This document shows positions 9,576 through 18,980 of a stretch of DNA of 64,000 nt, piece after piece. Made by a program: the position numbers and the translations under genes. How positions within the stretch are numbered: position 1 is the stretch's first letter; each line of letters opens with the position of its first letter. This DNA comes from Spirochaetales bacterium. Its GTDB lineage: Bacteria; Spirochaetota; Spirochaetia; JABEVK01. A model generated the notes under the pieces. That model was not told the origin of the DNA. It was given only the letters and a program-made list of their open reading frames with translations, and made no database searches. The DNA lies in the NCBI GenBank assembly GCA_037142615.1, contig JBAXAI010000021.1, positions 1 through 64,000 of the forward strand, in the 5' to 3' direction.

Positions 9576-11333
9576 ATGAGCCCGAACACCGACGCCTCCC
9601 TGCCCTTGATTTTCGCCGTCACCGGGCACCGCGACCTGCGCGAAGCCGACTTGGCGGGGCTGAAGGCAACCACGGTCAACCTGTTTCGCGAGTATCAAGA
9701 ACGCTACCCCCACACCCGTCTGCGACTGCTTTCGGGCCTCGCCGAAGGGGCCGACCAGCTCGTGGCCCAAGCCGCCCTCGCTTGTGGCGTCGAACTGGTG
9801 GCCGTGCTGCCGGTCCCGCGGATCGAGTACGAAAAGGACTTCGACCCCGCAGGAATTGCCGTGTTGCATTCGTTCCTGGAGCGGTCCGTTCTCACGATTG
9901 AACTTCCGCAAGACAAACTCCCCGAGAACCGCTACGTGCCGTTGGCCGCTTATTTGGCCGATCACTGCCACATTCTGCTGGCGCTGTGGAACGGCAAGAA
10001 CAACCACGAACCGGGGGGCACTGCCAACGTGGTCGAGTTCCAGCTGGACGGGGTACCCTCGCGTTGGGGGTCGCACCGTGGCGTGCTCGAAACCCCGGAT
10101 TTTGGCGCGGTTTTCCACGTTTTTGCGGCGCGGGACCGACACGACCGCGAGGTGACCACCAAGTTGCCCGCACCCGAGGTTCCCTGCGTTCAAGAGGCCC
10201 AGCGCGACTACGACATTCTGTTGCCCGCGTCGTGGGAGGGCCCCAAGGTGCGCCACACCTTCGGCAACTTCTTCGGTGCGGCCGTAGCGTCGCTGGACCA
10301 GTTCAATGTTGCCTTGGCCGACCGACTCGAGCCAGCCGAGGTGAAGCGGAACGCGGGCTACCTGATCACCCCCAGCCAAGAGGGACTGCTCACGCCGGGG
10401 CTGCGTAAGCTGTGGCAGTGGGCAGCGCAGGCCGACACTCTGGCGCAGGGGTACCAGACGAAGGCGAAGCGTACCGTAGCGGCGCTCTTTCTGCTGGCAG
10501 CCGCCGCCTTCTCGATGCTGTCGTTGTTTGTCGACCTGAATCCGCTCGGCGCCGTGATTGCCACCGCGCTCGTCCTGGTTCTGGCGGGGCTTGCTGTCAG
10601 CTTTTGGGCCAATCGGAGCTCGTGGAACGACCGCTACATCGACTCACGGGCACTGGCCGAAGGTTTGCGGGTTCAGCTGTACTGGAGGCTGGCAGGGGTG
10701 AAACAGCACGTGGGCGACGTCTACCTGCAGAAGTACCGGGGCAATCTGGAATGGATTCTCATGGCGCTGCGTTCGGCCGACCTCGAAGCCGAAGAACACG
10801 GGCGCAAGCAACCCGAACCTACCGAGGTCCATCGCGACGCCGCGACCGCCGGCTGGGTCAAGGATCAGGCGAAGTACTTTGCGCGGACAACCGCCACCCG
10901 CGAACGTCAGGGTGCTTTCCGAAGCCGCGTGACCGGCACGCTGTTTGCGCTGTCGCTGGCGGCCTTTCTGGGCATCCTCGGCCTGCAGGTGGCCCACCTT
11001 CTTGCCGGAGCCAGTTGGAACTGGCAGGACTTTTCCGCCGTGATGGGGTCCGACGCCTACTTCTGGTTGCTGTTCCTTTTTGACTTGTTGCTGGGCCTGG
11101 GCACCGCGCTGGCGGGGTACGCCGAGGTGACCGGCCAGGAAGAGGAGGAACGCCAGTACCGCCGGATGAGCCAGCTTTTTGCAAGGGGCAACCAACTCTT
11201 GGAGCGGGCCGGTTCGCAGCACCCGTCGGAGTTCCAGAACATCCTGCTGGCTCTGGGGACCGAGGCGCTGGCCGAAAGCGGCGATTGGCTGGCCGGCAAA
11301 AAGGCCAACCCCATTGTGATGCCGCTGGCATGA
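9576..11333 (+). CDS. SLOG-domain protein with two 2TM (SLATT-like) modules
   Basis: GAGGAG RBS; AVTGHRDL, LSGLAEGADQLVA, LLALWNG...GGTANVV SLOG motifs; SRALAEGLRVQLYW, WVKDQAKYF, LGTEALAESGDWL; 4 TM segments. Confidence 0.75.
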   Translation: MSPNTDASLPLIFAVTGHRDLREADLAGLKATTVNLFREYQERYPHTRLRLLSGLAEGADQLVAQAALACGVELVAVLPVPRIEYEKDFDPAGIAVLHSFLERSVLTIELPQDKLPENRYVPLAAYLADHCHILLALWNGKNNHEPGGTANVVEFQLDGVPSRWGSHRGVLETPDFGAVFHVFAARDRHDREVTTKLPAPEVPCVQEAQRDYDILLPASWEGPKVRHTFGNFFGAAVASLDQFNVALADRLEPAEVKRNAGYLITPSQEGLLTPGLRKLWQWAAQADTLAQGYQTKAKRTVAALFLLAAAAFSMLSLFVDLNPLGAVIATALVLVLAGLAVSFWANRSSWNDRYIDSRALAEGLRVQLYWRLAGVKQHVGDVYLQKYRGNLEWILMALRSADLEAEEHGRKQPEPTEVHRDAATAGWVKDQAKYFARTTATRERQGAFRSRVTGTLFALSLAAFLGILGLQVAHLLAGASWNWQDFSAVMGSDAYFWLLFLFDLLLGLGTALAGYAEVTGQEEEERQYRRMSQLFARGNQLLERAGSQHPSEFQNILLALGTEALAESGDWLAGKKANPIVMPLA

Positions 11334-11392
11334 GGGGGTAACGGTGACAAAGCGACCTGCACGGCCTTGTTTTTCGCTCCCGGTCTGCTAAC

Positions 11393-12190
11393 ATGGAACC
11401 CATGCTACGACGCTTGTTGCTGACGGGCTTTTTTTGGTTGGGTGCTTGGGGGCTTTCGGGTGAGTCGCCGGTTCCGCAGACACCGGTTCGGGTGGCCTTT
11501 TATGAGTTCGGCCTGCTGTATCACAGCGGTGAGGGCCTCGACAAAGACCTCACCGAAGCAGTAGGCCGTCGTTTGGGCCTCAAGTTCAGCGCTCAGGTGT
11601 TGGCGCGCGCCCGCATTTGGCAAGACCTGCAAAACGGCGATCTGGACCTGGCGACCTCGGCCATCATCACGCCCGAGCGCGACCAGTTTGCCTGGCAGGT
11701 GCCCTACCTTGCCACCAAAAATCTCGCCATCGTGACCACCCAGGTAGCCTCGACGGTCAAGTCGTTTGACCAGTTCAACGCAAACAAGAACCTGGTGTGG
11801 GGAGCCGTGACGTCGTTCAAGCACGGCACCGAACAGGACAAATGGATCGACATCCTGCGGTCCGAGGGCCGGCTGGAAGAAAGCACCGACGCTGAGGCCC
11901 TGTTCCGCAAGCTCAAGGAAGGCCGCATCGCGGGGCTGTTCTCGTCGCCACCCATGTACAAAAAGTACCTCGCCGACCTCAACATGGCCTCGCTGGTCAG
12001 CCTGCAAGACTGGACGCCGAAGGAAAAGGGCTTCCTCGCGGGCTTTGCCCTTTCCAAGCGACGGTTTTCTGAGGCCGACGCCAAGCGGTGGGCCGCGACC
12101 CTTCAGGCCATGAAGGACGACGGAACGCTCAAAGCGTTGTACTCCAAGTACTTAAGCCCGTCCGAAGTCGCCCGGGTGCTGGACTTTTAG
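11393..12190 (+). CDS. Periplasmic substrate-binding protein (SBP_bac_3-like)
   Basis: Signal peptide; GLDKDL, LQNGDLDL...ITPER, MKDDGTLKALYSKY. Confidence 0.8.
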   Translation: MEPMLRRLLLTGFFWLGAWGLSGESPVPQTPVRVAFYEFGLLYHSGEGLDKDLTEAVGRRLGLKFSAQVLARARIWQDLQNGDLDLATSAIITPERDQFAWQVPYLATKNLAIVTTQVASTVKSFDQFNANKNLVWGAVTSFKHGTEQDKWIDILRSEGRLEESTDAEALFRKLKEGRIAGLFSSPPMYKKYLADLNMASLVSLQDWTPKEKGFLAGFALSKRRFSEADAKRWAATLQAMKDDGTLKALYSKYLSPSEVARVLDF

Positions 12191-12191
12191 C

Positions 12192-14099
12192 ATGCGCCCG
12201 CTAGCCAAGGACCTCGCGGTCAAACTTCTGGGGGCCTATTTGGTGGTGGCCCTTGCCGTCGCAGGCATCCAGCTCGTGCTCAGGTACGGCGAGGAGCGCA
12301 AGGCCGTCGTCGAGAACCTGCAGTTGCTGGCGAAGACGTTCTCGCCCGGCCTCGAGGCCGCCATCTGGGACTTCCAGGCATCGCTGACCCAAAACCAGGT
12401 TGATGGCATCGGGACCAACCCCTACGCCGTCCAGGTGGAACTGGTCGGCCCGACCGGCGAAGCGCTCGGCAGTTGGAAGCGTCCGGGCTCCCATGACGTC
12501 GACACCGACCTGGTGGTCACCCAAAGGCTCTACCATGACCCGGATTCCGACAAGCGGCGCCTGATTGGCGTGCTCACCATTTGGTCCAACCAAGAGGTGA
12601 TGACCGAACGCCTGTACGTTGGGCTTCGGGACTCGCTTTTGGTGCTGTTGCTCGTGCTGATGGCGCTGGTCTTTCTGGTGTGGACCTACACCCGCGCCGT
12701 GATCGCGCTACCGCTGACCCGGTTTTCCAGCCAGGTGAAAGCCCTCGGCGGGGTGCAGACCAAGCAGCGCACCATCGACCTTGGCCAGGTCCGCATCGCC
12801 GAGATCCAGACCCTTCAGGATGGCTTCAACAATCTGCTGGTCCAGATCGATGAAAGCCAACAGCAGATCCGCCAGGCGAACCTGGAGCTGGAACAGCGCG
12901 TCGAAGAACGAACCAAGCAACTGGTACAAGCCAAGGTGGCCGCCGAAGAGGCCAGCCGGGTCAAGGGTGACTTTTTGGCGAACATGAGCCACGAAATCCG
13001 CACACCAATGAACTCCATCATCGGCTTTTCCGACCTGCTGGCGGCTTTGCCGATGGGACAGGAGCAGAAGGACTACGTGGACACGATCCGGGGGTCGGCA
13101 GGGTCCCTGCTGGGCATCATCAACGATATCCTCGACTTTTCCAAAATCGAGTCGGGCAAAATGGAGTTTGAATCCATCCCGTTCTCGCTGAGCGAATTGG
13201 TGGCCGAGGTGACCCGCAGCGCCAAGCTCCAGGCCGACCGAAAAGGCATCGACTTCCGGTGCACGATCGAATCCGGGGCACCCGAGCTGCTCCTGGGCGA
13301 CCCTTTGCGGACTCAGCAGGTACTCAGGAATCTCGCGGGCAACGCGGTGAAGTTCACCAAAGAGGGCGGAGTCGAACTCTTGGTGCGGTGCGAAACCGAA
13401 GGCCGCCTGAAGCGCATCCGCTTCTACGTGCAAGACACCGGCATCGGCCTGAGCCAAGAAGACCAGGTCAAGGTCTTTCAGGCGTTTTCGCAGGTCGATA
13501 CCTCGATCACCCGGCGCTTCGGCGGGACCGGCCTGGGCCTGTCGATCAGCAACGACCTCGCCCGCCTGATGGGGGGCCGAATCGGCGTCAGGAGCGAGCT
13601 GGGGCGTGGCAGCATCTTCTGGCTCGACCTGCCGCTGACGACGCCGCAACAGGTCACGGTCGTCGATTCCACGGCGTCGACCAACCCGAGCCCAGCCGAG
13701 CCGCCGGTGCCGGCCAAGCCGCTGGCCGACTCGCAGCTCTTGCTCGTCGACGACAACTCGCTCAACCTGCTGGTGGCCCGCAAAATCCTCGAAAAGGCGG
13801 GGGCCCAGGTCACCACGGCCGCCGACGGTCAGGAAGCCGTGGCCAAAGCCGAGGCCGGGGACTTCGACCTGGTGCTCATGGACGTCCAGATGCCGATCAT
13901 GGATGGCTACGAGGCGACCGCGGCGCTGCGGAGCCAAGCGCGCTTTGGCACGCTCCCCATCATCGCGGTCACGGCGCACGCCATGGCCAGCGCCCGCGAA
14001 GACTGCCTGCGCGCGGGGATGTCCGACTACCTCACCAAGCCGCTCGACGGCAAGACGATGATCAACACCGTGGCTCAGTGGCTGAGGCCGAAACCGTAA
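12192..14099 (+). CDS. Hybrid sensor histidine kinase / response regulator
   Basis: 2 TM, HAMP-like region, FLANMSHEIRTPMN H-box, DTGIG and GGTGLGL boxes, REC LMDVQMP. Confidence 0.92.
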   Translation: MRPLAKDLAVKLLGAYLVVALAVAGIQLVLRYGEERKAVVENLQLLAKTFSPGLEAAIWDFQASLTQNQVDGIGTNPYAVQVELVGPTGEALGSWKRPGSHDVDTDLVVTQRLYHDPDSDKRRLIGVLTIWSNQEVMTERLYVGLRDSLLVLLLVLMALVFLVWTYTRAVIALPLTRFSSQVKALGGVQTKQRTIDLGQVRIAEIQTLQDGFNNLLVQIDESQQQIRQANLELEQRVEERTKQLVQAKVAAEEASRVKGDFLANMSHEIRTPMNSIIGFSDLLAALPMGQEQKDYVDTIRGSAGSLLGIINDILDFSKIESGKMEFESIPFSLSELVAEVTRSAKLQADRKGIDFRCTIESGAPELLLGDPLRTQQVLRNLAGNAVKFTKEGGVELLVRCETEGRLKRIRFYVQDTGIGLSQEDQVKVFQAFSQVDTSITRRFGGTGLGLSISNDLARLMGGRIGVRSELGRGSIFWLDLPLTTPQQVTVVDSTASTNPSPAEPPVPAKPLADSQLLLVDDNSLNLLVARKILEKAGAQVTTAADGQEAVAKAEAGDFDLVLMDVQMPIMDGYEATAALRSQARFGTLPIIAVTAHAMASAREDCLRAGMSDYLTKPLDGKTMINTVAQWLRPKP

Positions 14100-15940
14100 G
14101 CGAACAGCGGGTTGGTGCTGGCCGAGGCAGGGATATCGTCGGCGGTGCGGGGCCAGGTGACGGGCAGCTTGCCACGGAAGGGCACCTTACCGTAGATCAC
14201 GTCGGCCACGGCCGCGCCCTCGCTGCCCGGCAGCCACGCCGCGACGAAGGCATTCCAGCCCGGCAGTTCGCCCGTTACCACCAGCGGCCTGCCCGAAACC
14301 AGAATCACCACCACCGGGAGCCCCGCGTCCTTGGCCACCTGGATGGCGTCGAGGTTGCCGGGAGGGATGCGTCCTCGGGAATCGAGGGTCATGTCGCTGT
14401 CGGGAGGCACGTCGCCCTGCCCTTCGGCGTAGGGGGTTTCGCCCACCACCACCACGGCCACGCTGGCCTCTTTGGCCCGAGCCGGGTCGGTGATGATTTC
14501 GCCACCGGCGGCCTTGGCCAGCGCCTGAAAGCCATCGAGAAGGCTGGTGCCGGGGGTGAGCCGGGTGATCTTCTTGCCGCTCTTTTTGTCGTAGCCACCC
14601 TGCCAGTTGATGGTCCAGCCGCCCGACTGCCAGCCCACGTTGTCGGCCAGCGGTCCGGTCACGAACACTTTGGCGCCGGGCTTGAGCGGGAGCAGGCCCT
14701 GGTCATTCTTGAGCAACACGAGGGATTCGCGCACCGCGCGCGCGGCCACCACCCGGTGCTCGGGCGAGCCCAACTGGTCGGCCGGGGACAAGGCGGCCGT
14801 TGAGGCCAGCGGGTGCTCAAACAGCCCGGCCTGGAACTTCACCGTCAGGATGCGGCTCACCGCGTCGTCGATGCGGGCCTGGGTGATCTTGCCGCGCTTG
14901 ACGCCGTCAACGAGGATACTGATCACCTTTTTCCACTGCGACTGTTCCATCGACATGTCGACCCCGGCATTGAACGAGTTGAGTACCCTGTCGTCGTAAC
15001 TGCCGGCGACTTCGCTGGTCAGGCCCATGGCGTCCCAGTCGCCCACCACGAAGCCGGCAAAGCCCAGGCCCCCCGCGCTCACCGGTGCCTTGAGCCAGCC
15101 TTGCAGCAGGGCCTTGTTCGCATGCATGTGAACGCCCTGGTACGAGCTGAACGAGGCCATGACGGTCTGCACCCCGGCGGCGACGGCCTGCACGTAACCC
15201 TGACCGTGAAGGGCCTTCAGTTGTTCCAAACTCAGGCCCGAAACATCGCCGCGGTCGATGGGGTTGGAGCCCTCGCCGCTGCCGTACTCGACGCCGCCGT
15301 CACCGATAAAGTGCTTGGCCGTGGCAACAATGCCCTGGCTCTGCACACCCCGGATGTAGGGCCCTGTCAGCAGCGTCTGCAGTTCCGCGGTTTCGCCCAG
15401 GCTTTCGTAACTGCGGCCCCAGCGGATGTCTTGCACCACCGAAACGGCCGGCCCAAAAGTCCAGTTGAGGCCGGTAGCGGCCACTTCGGCCCCGGTGACC
15501 CGGCCAATGAGCTCCATCAGTTCGGGGTCGCGGGCCGCGCCGAGCCCAATGTTGTGGGGAAAAATGGTCGCCCCATACACGTTGCCATGCCCGTGGACGG
15601 CGTCGATGCCGTAAATCAGCGGGATGCCGAGCCGGGAGGTCAGAGCCTCCTTCTGAAACTTGTTGTACATCGCCACCCACGCCTCGGGGGTATTGGGGGT
15701 GGGCACCGAACCGCCCCCTGAGAGCACCGAACCAATGCCGTTGTCGCGGAGGTTGACCTCGCCCAGCACGCCGCGCTCGGCTTGAACCATTTGCCCGGCC
15801 TTCTCGGCGAGGGTCATCTGGGCCAAGAGCAGACCAACCCGCTGCGTCACGGGCAACTTGGCGTCGAGCCAGGGTTTGTCGAGCGCCGGCAACAGCGAAG
15901 AACCAACGAGCAACAGCACAACGAGGGTGAGATTTTTCAT
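14075..15940 (-). CDS. Secreted GH3 beta-glucosidase
   Basis: Signal peptide; GIDAVHG, TIFPHNIGLGA, RWGRSYES, AKHFIGDG, VVGDW nucleophile, AWLPGSEG. Confidence 0.92.
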   Translation of the reverse strand: MKNLTLVVLLLVGSSLLPALDKPWLDAKLPVTQRVGLLLAQMTLAEKAGQMVQAERGVLGEVNLRDNGIGSVLSGGGSVPTPNTPEAWVAMYNKFQKEALTSRLGIPLIYGIDAVHGHGNVYGATIFPHNIGLGAARDPELMELIGRVTGAEVAATGLNWTFGPAVSVVQDIRWGRSYESLGETAELQTLLTGPYIRGVQSQGIVATAKHFIGDGGVEYGSGEGSNPIDRGDVSGLSLEQLKALHGQGYVQAVAAGVQTVMASFSSYQGVHMHANKALLQGWLKAPVSAGGLGFAGFVVGDWDAMGLTSEVAGSYDDRVLNSFNAGVDMSMEQSQWKKVISILVDGVKRGKITQARIDDAVSRILTVKFQAGLFEHPLASTAALSPADQLGSPEHRVVAARAVRESLVLLKNDQGLLPLKPGAKVFVTGPLADNVGWQSGGWTINWQGGYDKKSGKKITRLTPGTSLLDGFQALAKAAGGEIITDPARAKEASVAVVVVGETPYAEGQGDVPPDSDMTLDSRGRIPPGNLDAIQVAKDAGLPVVVILVSGRPLVVTGELPGWNAFVAAWLPGSEGAAVADVIYGKVPFRGKLPVTWPRTADDIPASASTNPLFAYGFGLSH

Positions 15941-16044
15941 GCCAAAAAGTCTGCCATGGTTTCTTGCTTTACGCAAGTATATATTATTCCTGAAGTTTAT
16001 TCATTATCTCCACTATTGCCAAAAGATCTGTTATAGTGGGCGTA

Positions 16045-18942
16045 ATGAAACCCGTCGTGAACCTGTACACTTGGCTTCAGCGCTCTTTCGTGACCCTGGC
16101 TCTGATTCCTCTGGTGTTCGTGGAGCTGCTTTTTCTCACGATCTACTTCGTGTCAAGTTTCTGGGCCGTCAGCTCGCAAGCCGACTACCTGCGCAGCTCG
16201 GCCAAGGAGAGTCTGGGTGCCATCGTCGTGGCCCGGGCCTCGAGCATCAGCGGCCAACTCGAGGCGGTAAGCGGCAACGTGTCACTGCTGGCCAACCATT
16301 TTGCCGAGGCCCTCGCGGCTCCGGCCTCGCTTTCGGCAGCCGATCAGGCAAGGTTGGTGCTCGCACCCAACGGGGTCTACTACACCGCGCGCGACAAAAC
16401 CCCCGGAGGGGCTGCCGTTTTCTACAGCGGGATCCACCCCGTCGGAACGGCCGAGCGCGACAAGGTAGCCCGGCTTCTGGCGGTCGAGTCGATGATGCGG
16501 GATCTCGTTGTCACCAATACTCTTGAAGACCAAGTGTACCTCAACACCTTCGACTCGCTGAACGTGATCTACCCGTACTTCGACGTGCTGACCCAATATT
16601 CCCCCAAGATCAATATTCCCACCTTCAACTTCTACTACGAGGCCGACTTGGCCCATAATCCGCTCAAGACGCCCAGATGGACCAAGGCCTACCTCGACCC
16701 CGCAGGCAAGGGTTGGGTCACGTCTGCCATCGCACCGGTGTACAGCCCGTCGGGCTTCTTGGAAGGCGTGGCGGGCATCGACATCACCGTGTCGCGCATC
16801 ACGACGCAGGTGCTGGGTTTTGAGGTGCCTTGGGGCGGGTATGGTTTGGTGGTCGACCGCGACGGCACCATACTGGCGCTTCCGACGAGTGGCGAGGCTG
16901 ACTGGAATCTCAGCGAGCTCAAGAGCCACCACTACTCTCAGGCCCTGTTGGAAGACACGTTCAAACCCTCGTCGTTCAATCTGTTCCAACGCCGTGATTT
17001 AGGAGATTTTTCGCTGACCTTGGCCGAATCCTCGCAGGGGGTGATGCCGGTCACGCTTGAGGGCGGAAAGAAGCTCGTCAGCTGGGCCACCATCGGCGGA
17101 ACCGACTGGAAGTATCTGGTCGTTGTGCCCGAGAGCCAGGTGTTCAAGGGAATCAACCAGATCTTCATCGAACAGCTTGCGGCAGGACTGGTGATGAGCC
17201 TGGGCCTTCTGATCTTCTACGGCTGGTTCTTCTACCTGCTGCGAAGGCGGGCACTGCGCATGGCGACGGCCTTGTCGCAGCCTCTGCTGCAAATGGACAC
17301 CATCGTCAGCAAGCTGACGCGCGGAGAGTTCACCCAGTCGGTGCCCGACACCGAAGTGCTCGAGCTGCAGACAACCGCCGGTCACCTGGTCGAACTCGGC
17401 CAACACCTTTCCGACGCCCACGCGGCGAACAAACTCATCGGCGAGAAGCTCGAAAGCGCCCGCAGCGACCTGATCGCGGTGGTGAACTCGCTCGATGACA
17501 TCATCCTCGAGGCCGACGAAACGGGCGAAATCACCAATCTGTGGAACTCCGACCGGGAACGGTTCGAGGAACTGCCCATCGTGGTCGCGGGCGAAAAAAT
17601 GACCCTCAGAACGTTCATCGTTCTGGCCCAGAGCAACCATCAGGCCCAGCATGTCGAGATCCAGGTTCCGAGCAGCACCGGCATGCGCTGGTTTCTGGTC
17701 AAAGTGTCGATGTACGACCACCGCCGCGAACGCCTCATCCTCGCGGCTCGCGACATCACCGAGCGCAAGATTCTCGAAAACACCTTGGTCGTGGCTAGGG
17801 ACGAGGCCGAAAGCGCCAACCGTGCCAAGTCACAGTTCCTTTCCAACATGAGTCACGAACTGCGCACACCGCTCAATGCCGTTCTCGGGTTTGCGCAGGT
17901 GTTGGCCCTGAGCAAGAAAGAGCCTCTCACCGAGGCTCAGCGCCGCCATGTGCGCGAAATCGACAAGGCGGGCCAGCACCTGCTGACGCTCATCAACGAG
18001 GTGCTCGACTTGGCTCGCATCGAGTCGGGCAAGGTTTCGCTGTCGCTGGAGCCCATCGCGGTGACCAAGGTGCTCGCGGGCGTGCTCGACCTGATCCGTC
18101 CGTTGGCCGAGAGGCAGGGCCTTGCGCTCAACGTGGTCAATCTGGTGCCCGACGACACCCACGTTCGCGCCGACTTCACCAAGACCAAGCAGGTGCTGAT
18201 CAACCTGCTTTCGAACGCCATCAAGTACAACCGGCCCAAGGGAGAAATCTTGTTCACTGTGGAACGCGAGGACCAACGGGTGAAGTTCAGCGTTGCCGAC
18301 ACCGGTCACGGCATCGCCGAGGCCGATCAGGCCAAGATCTTCCAGCCCTTCCAGCGGCTCAACCAAGAACTCACCTCTGATATTGAGGGGACAGGCATCG
18401 GCCTGACCGTGAGCAAACAACTGGTTAACCTGATGGAAGGCGAAATCGGCATGCAGAGCACGCTGGGTCACGGCAGCCTATTCTACGTGTACCTGCCCTT
18501 AAGGGAAGCGCCTGCACCAGTGGACCCCGCCATCCTCGCGGCGGCGGTGAAGAACTTCGGTGGCGAAGGTTTCACGGTCTTGTACATCGAAGACAATCCT
18601 GCGAACTCCGACCTGGTGGAGCAGATCGTCGCCAGTCTGCCTGGCACCAGGTTCCTGGCCGCCAACCGGGGCGATCTGGGCTTGGAACTGGCCCGCCAGC
18701 ACAAGCCCAACCTCATCCTGCTCGACCTTCACTTGCCGGGCATGGACGGTTTTCACGTGTTCGGTGAACTGCGTGCCGACGAAGCCACGCGCGAGATCCC
18801 GGTGTTCGCCGTAACGGCCGACGCCATGGAAAGCTCGCGCACGAAGGCCTTGGCCATGGGCTTTGCCGCCTACATCACCAAGCCGTTGAACGTCGACTCG
18901 TTCCTCGAGCAACTGACGAACCAGATGGAATCGCTGAACTAG
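16045..18942 (+). CDS. Cache-domain hybrid sensor histidine kinase / response regulator
   Basis: WTKAYLDPAGKGW Cache motif, PAS-like region, FLSNMSHELRTPLN, GTGIGL, REC LLDLHLPGMDG. Confidence 0.9.
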   Translation: MKPVVNLYTWLQRSFVTLALIPLVFVELLFLTIYFVSSFWAVSSQADYLRSSAKESLGAIVVARASSISGQLEAVSGNVSLLANHFAEALAAPASLSAADQARLVLAPNGVYYTARDKTPGGAAVFYSGIHPVGTAERDKVARLLAVESMMRDLVVTNTLEDQVYLNTFDSLNVIYPYFDVLTQYSPKINIPTFNFYYEADLAHNPLKTPRWTKAYLDPAGKGWVTSAIAPVYSPSGFLEGVAGIDITVSRITTQVLGFEVPWGGYGLVVDRDGTILALPTSGEADWNLSELKSHHYSQALLEDTFKPSSFNLFQRRDLGDFSLTLAESSQGVMPVTLEGGKKLVSWATIGGTDWKYLVVVPESQVFKGINQIFIEQLAAGLVMSLGLLIFYGWFFYLLRRRALRMATALSQPLLQMDTIVSKLTRGEFTQSVPDTEVLELQTTAGHLVELGQHLSDAHAANKLIGEKLESARSDLIAVVNSLDDIILEADETGEITNLWNSDRERFEELPIVVAGEKMTLRTFIVLAQSNHQAQHVEIQVPSSTGMRWFLVKVSMYDHRRERLILAARDITERKILENTLVVARDEAESANRAKSQFLSNMSHELRTPLNAVLGFAQVLALSKKEPLTEAQRRHVREIDKAGQHLLTLINEVLDLARIESGKVSLSLEPIAVTKVLAGVLDLIRPLAERQGLALNVVNLVPDDTHVRADFTKTKQVLINLLSNAIKYNRPKGEILFTVEREDQRVKFSVADTGHGIAEADQAKIFQPFQRLNQELTSDIEGTGIGLTVSKQLVNLMEGEIGMQSTLGHGSLFYVYLPLREAPAPVDPAILAAAVKNFGGEGFTVLYIEDNPANSDLVEQIVASLPGTRFLAANRGDLGLELARQHKPNLILLDLHLPGMDGFHVFGELRADEATREIPVFAVTADAMESSRTKALAMGFAAYITKPLNVDSFLEQLTNQMESLN

Positions 18943-18980
18943 CTTGCAGGAATCGCCGATGCGGGACAAAATGAAAGGCG

